Positions 63,553 to 64,000 of a DNA stretch of 64,000 nucleotides are shown in pieces. The stretch is from the human T2T-CHM13v2.0 reference genome, Homo sapiens. Every line of letters starts with the position of its first letter. Position 1 is the stretch's first letter. A program made the translations under genes and the position numbers. The notes under the pieces were generated by a model. That model was not told the origin of the DNA. It saw only the letters and a list, made by a program, of their open reading frames with translations, and made no database searches. The DNA lies in NCBI RefSeq assembly GCF_009914755.1, contig NC_060929.1; one strand, given 5' to 3'.

Positions 63553-64000
63553 CTACAAGACAGGAAAAATCTGTTGACTCCACACAATTCCGACTCAGCA
63601 CACTTCCTCGCCGGATGTTTCCCTCAATGCCGGTGCTTTCTTTTTATAGTCTTTCCTCTGGCTTCAGATGTTTGTGTGATCAGATGGGGGATGGTGCCCA
63701 GTGACAGAGACAGGGACCTGGGCGGGCAGGTCCCCTGCTCTGTCATGTCACCCCAGGACCTGAGTGTCTGAAGGAGAGCAAGAGGACCCTCTGGGCCTGT
63801 CCCCTCATACTCATTCCTCCGAGTGTCCTGCACCTGGTGGACTCTGAGAGATGGGGTGAAAAAGGCATTTCCTGACCATCAATTTGTTGTTACTTTGATG
63901 AAGATTATCTTAAAGAGTTATGTTCCCCTTTAGCAGTATTTGGACATTCGGCCAATTTTTGTTGACCAGATGTAAGACTATGTTGTAGAGAAGGCAAAAT

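Overview
Human (or closely related primate) genomic DNA, very rich in Alus. It matches my recollection of the 5q31.3 region. It contains the complete 12-exon DELE1 (KIAA0141) gene on the + strand: CDS 35905..50722, 515 aa, every intron GT-AG, exon phases consistent. It also contains the last three exons and 3' UTR of PCDH12 on the - strand, convergent with DELE1. A near-intact GCSH processed pseudogene (R4* stop) is nested in an AluY tail inside an ERV1 remnant. Other elements are an orphan CpG-rich island at about 26.1-26.6 kb, and about 40 Alus plus L1, L2/MIR, LTR and MER5 fragments. Most ORFs in the supplied track are Alu or repeat artefacts. I found no convincing wholly new biological system. 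The most notable structures are the ERV>AluY>GCSH nested insertion, a serial L1 insertion hotspot inside a MER5 element, L2-derived polyA signals for both convergent genes, an in-frame skippable DELE1 exon carrying the reported cleavage region, and a longer PCDH12 C-terminal poly-Ser allele.
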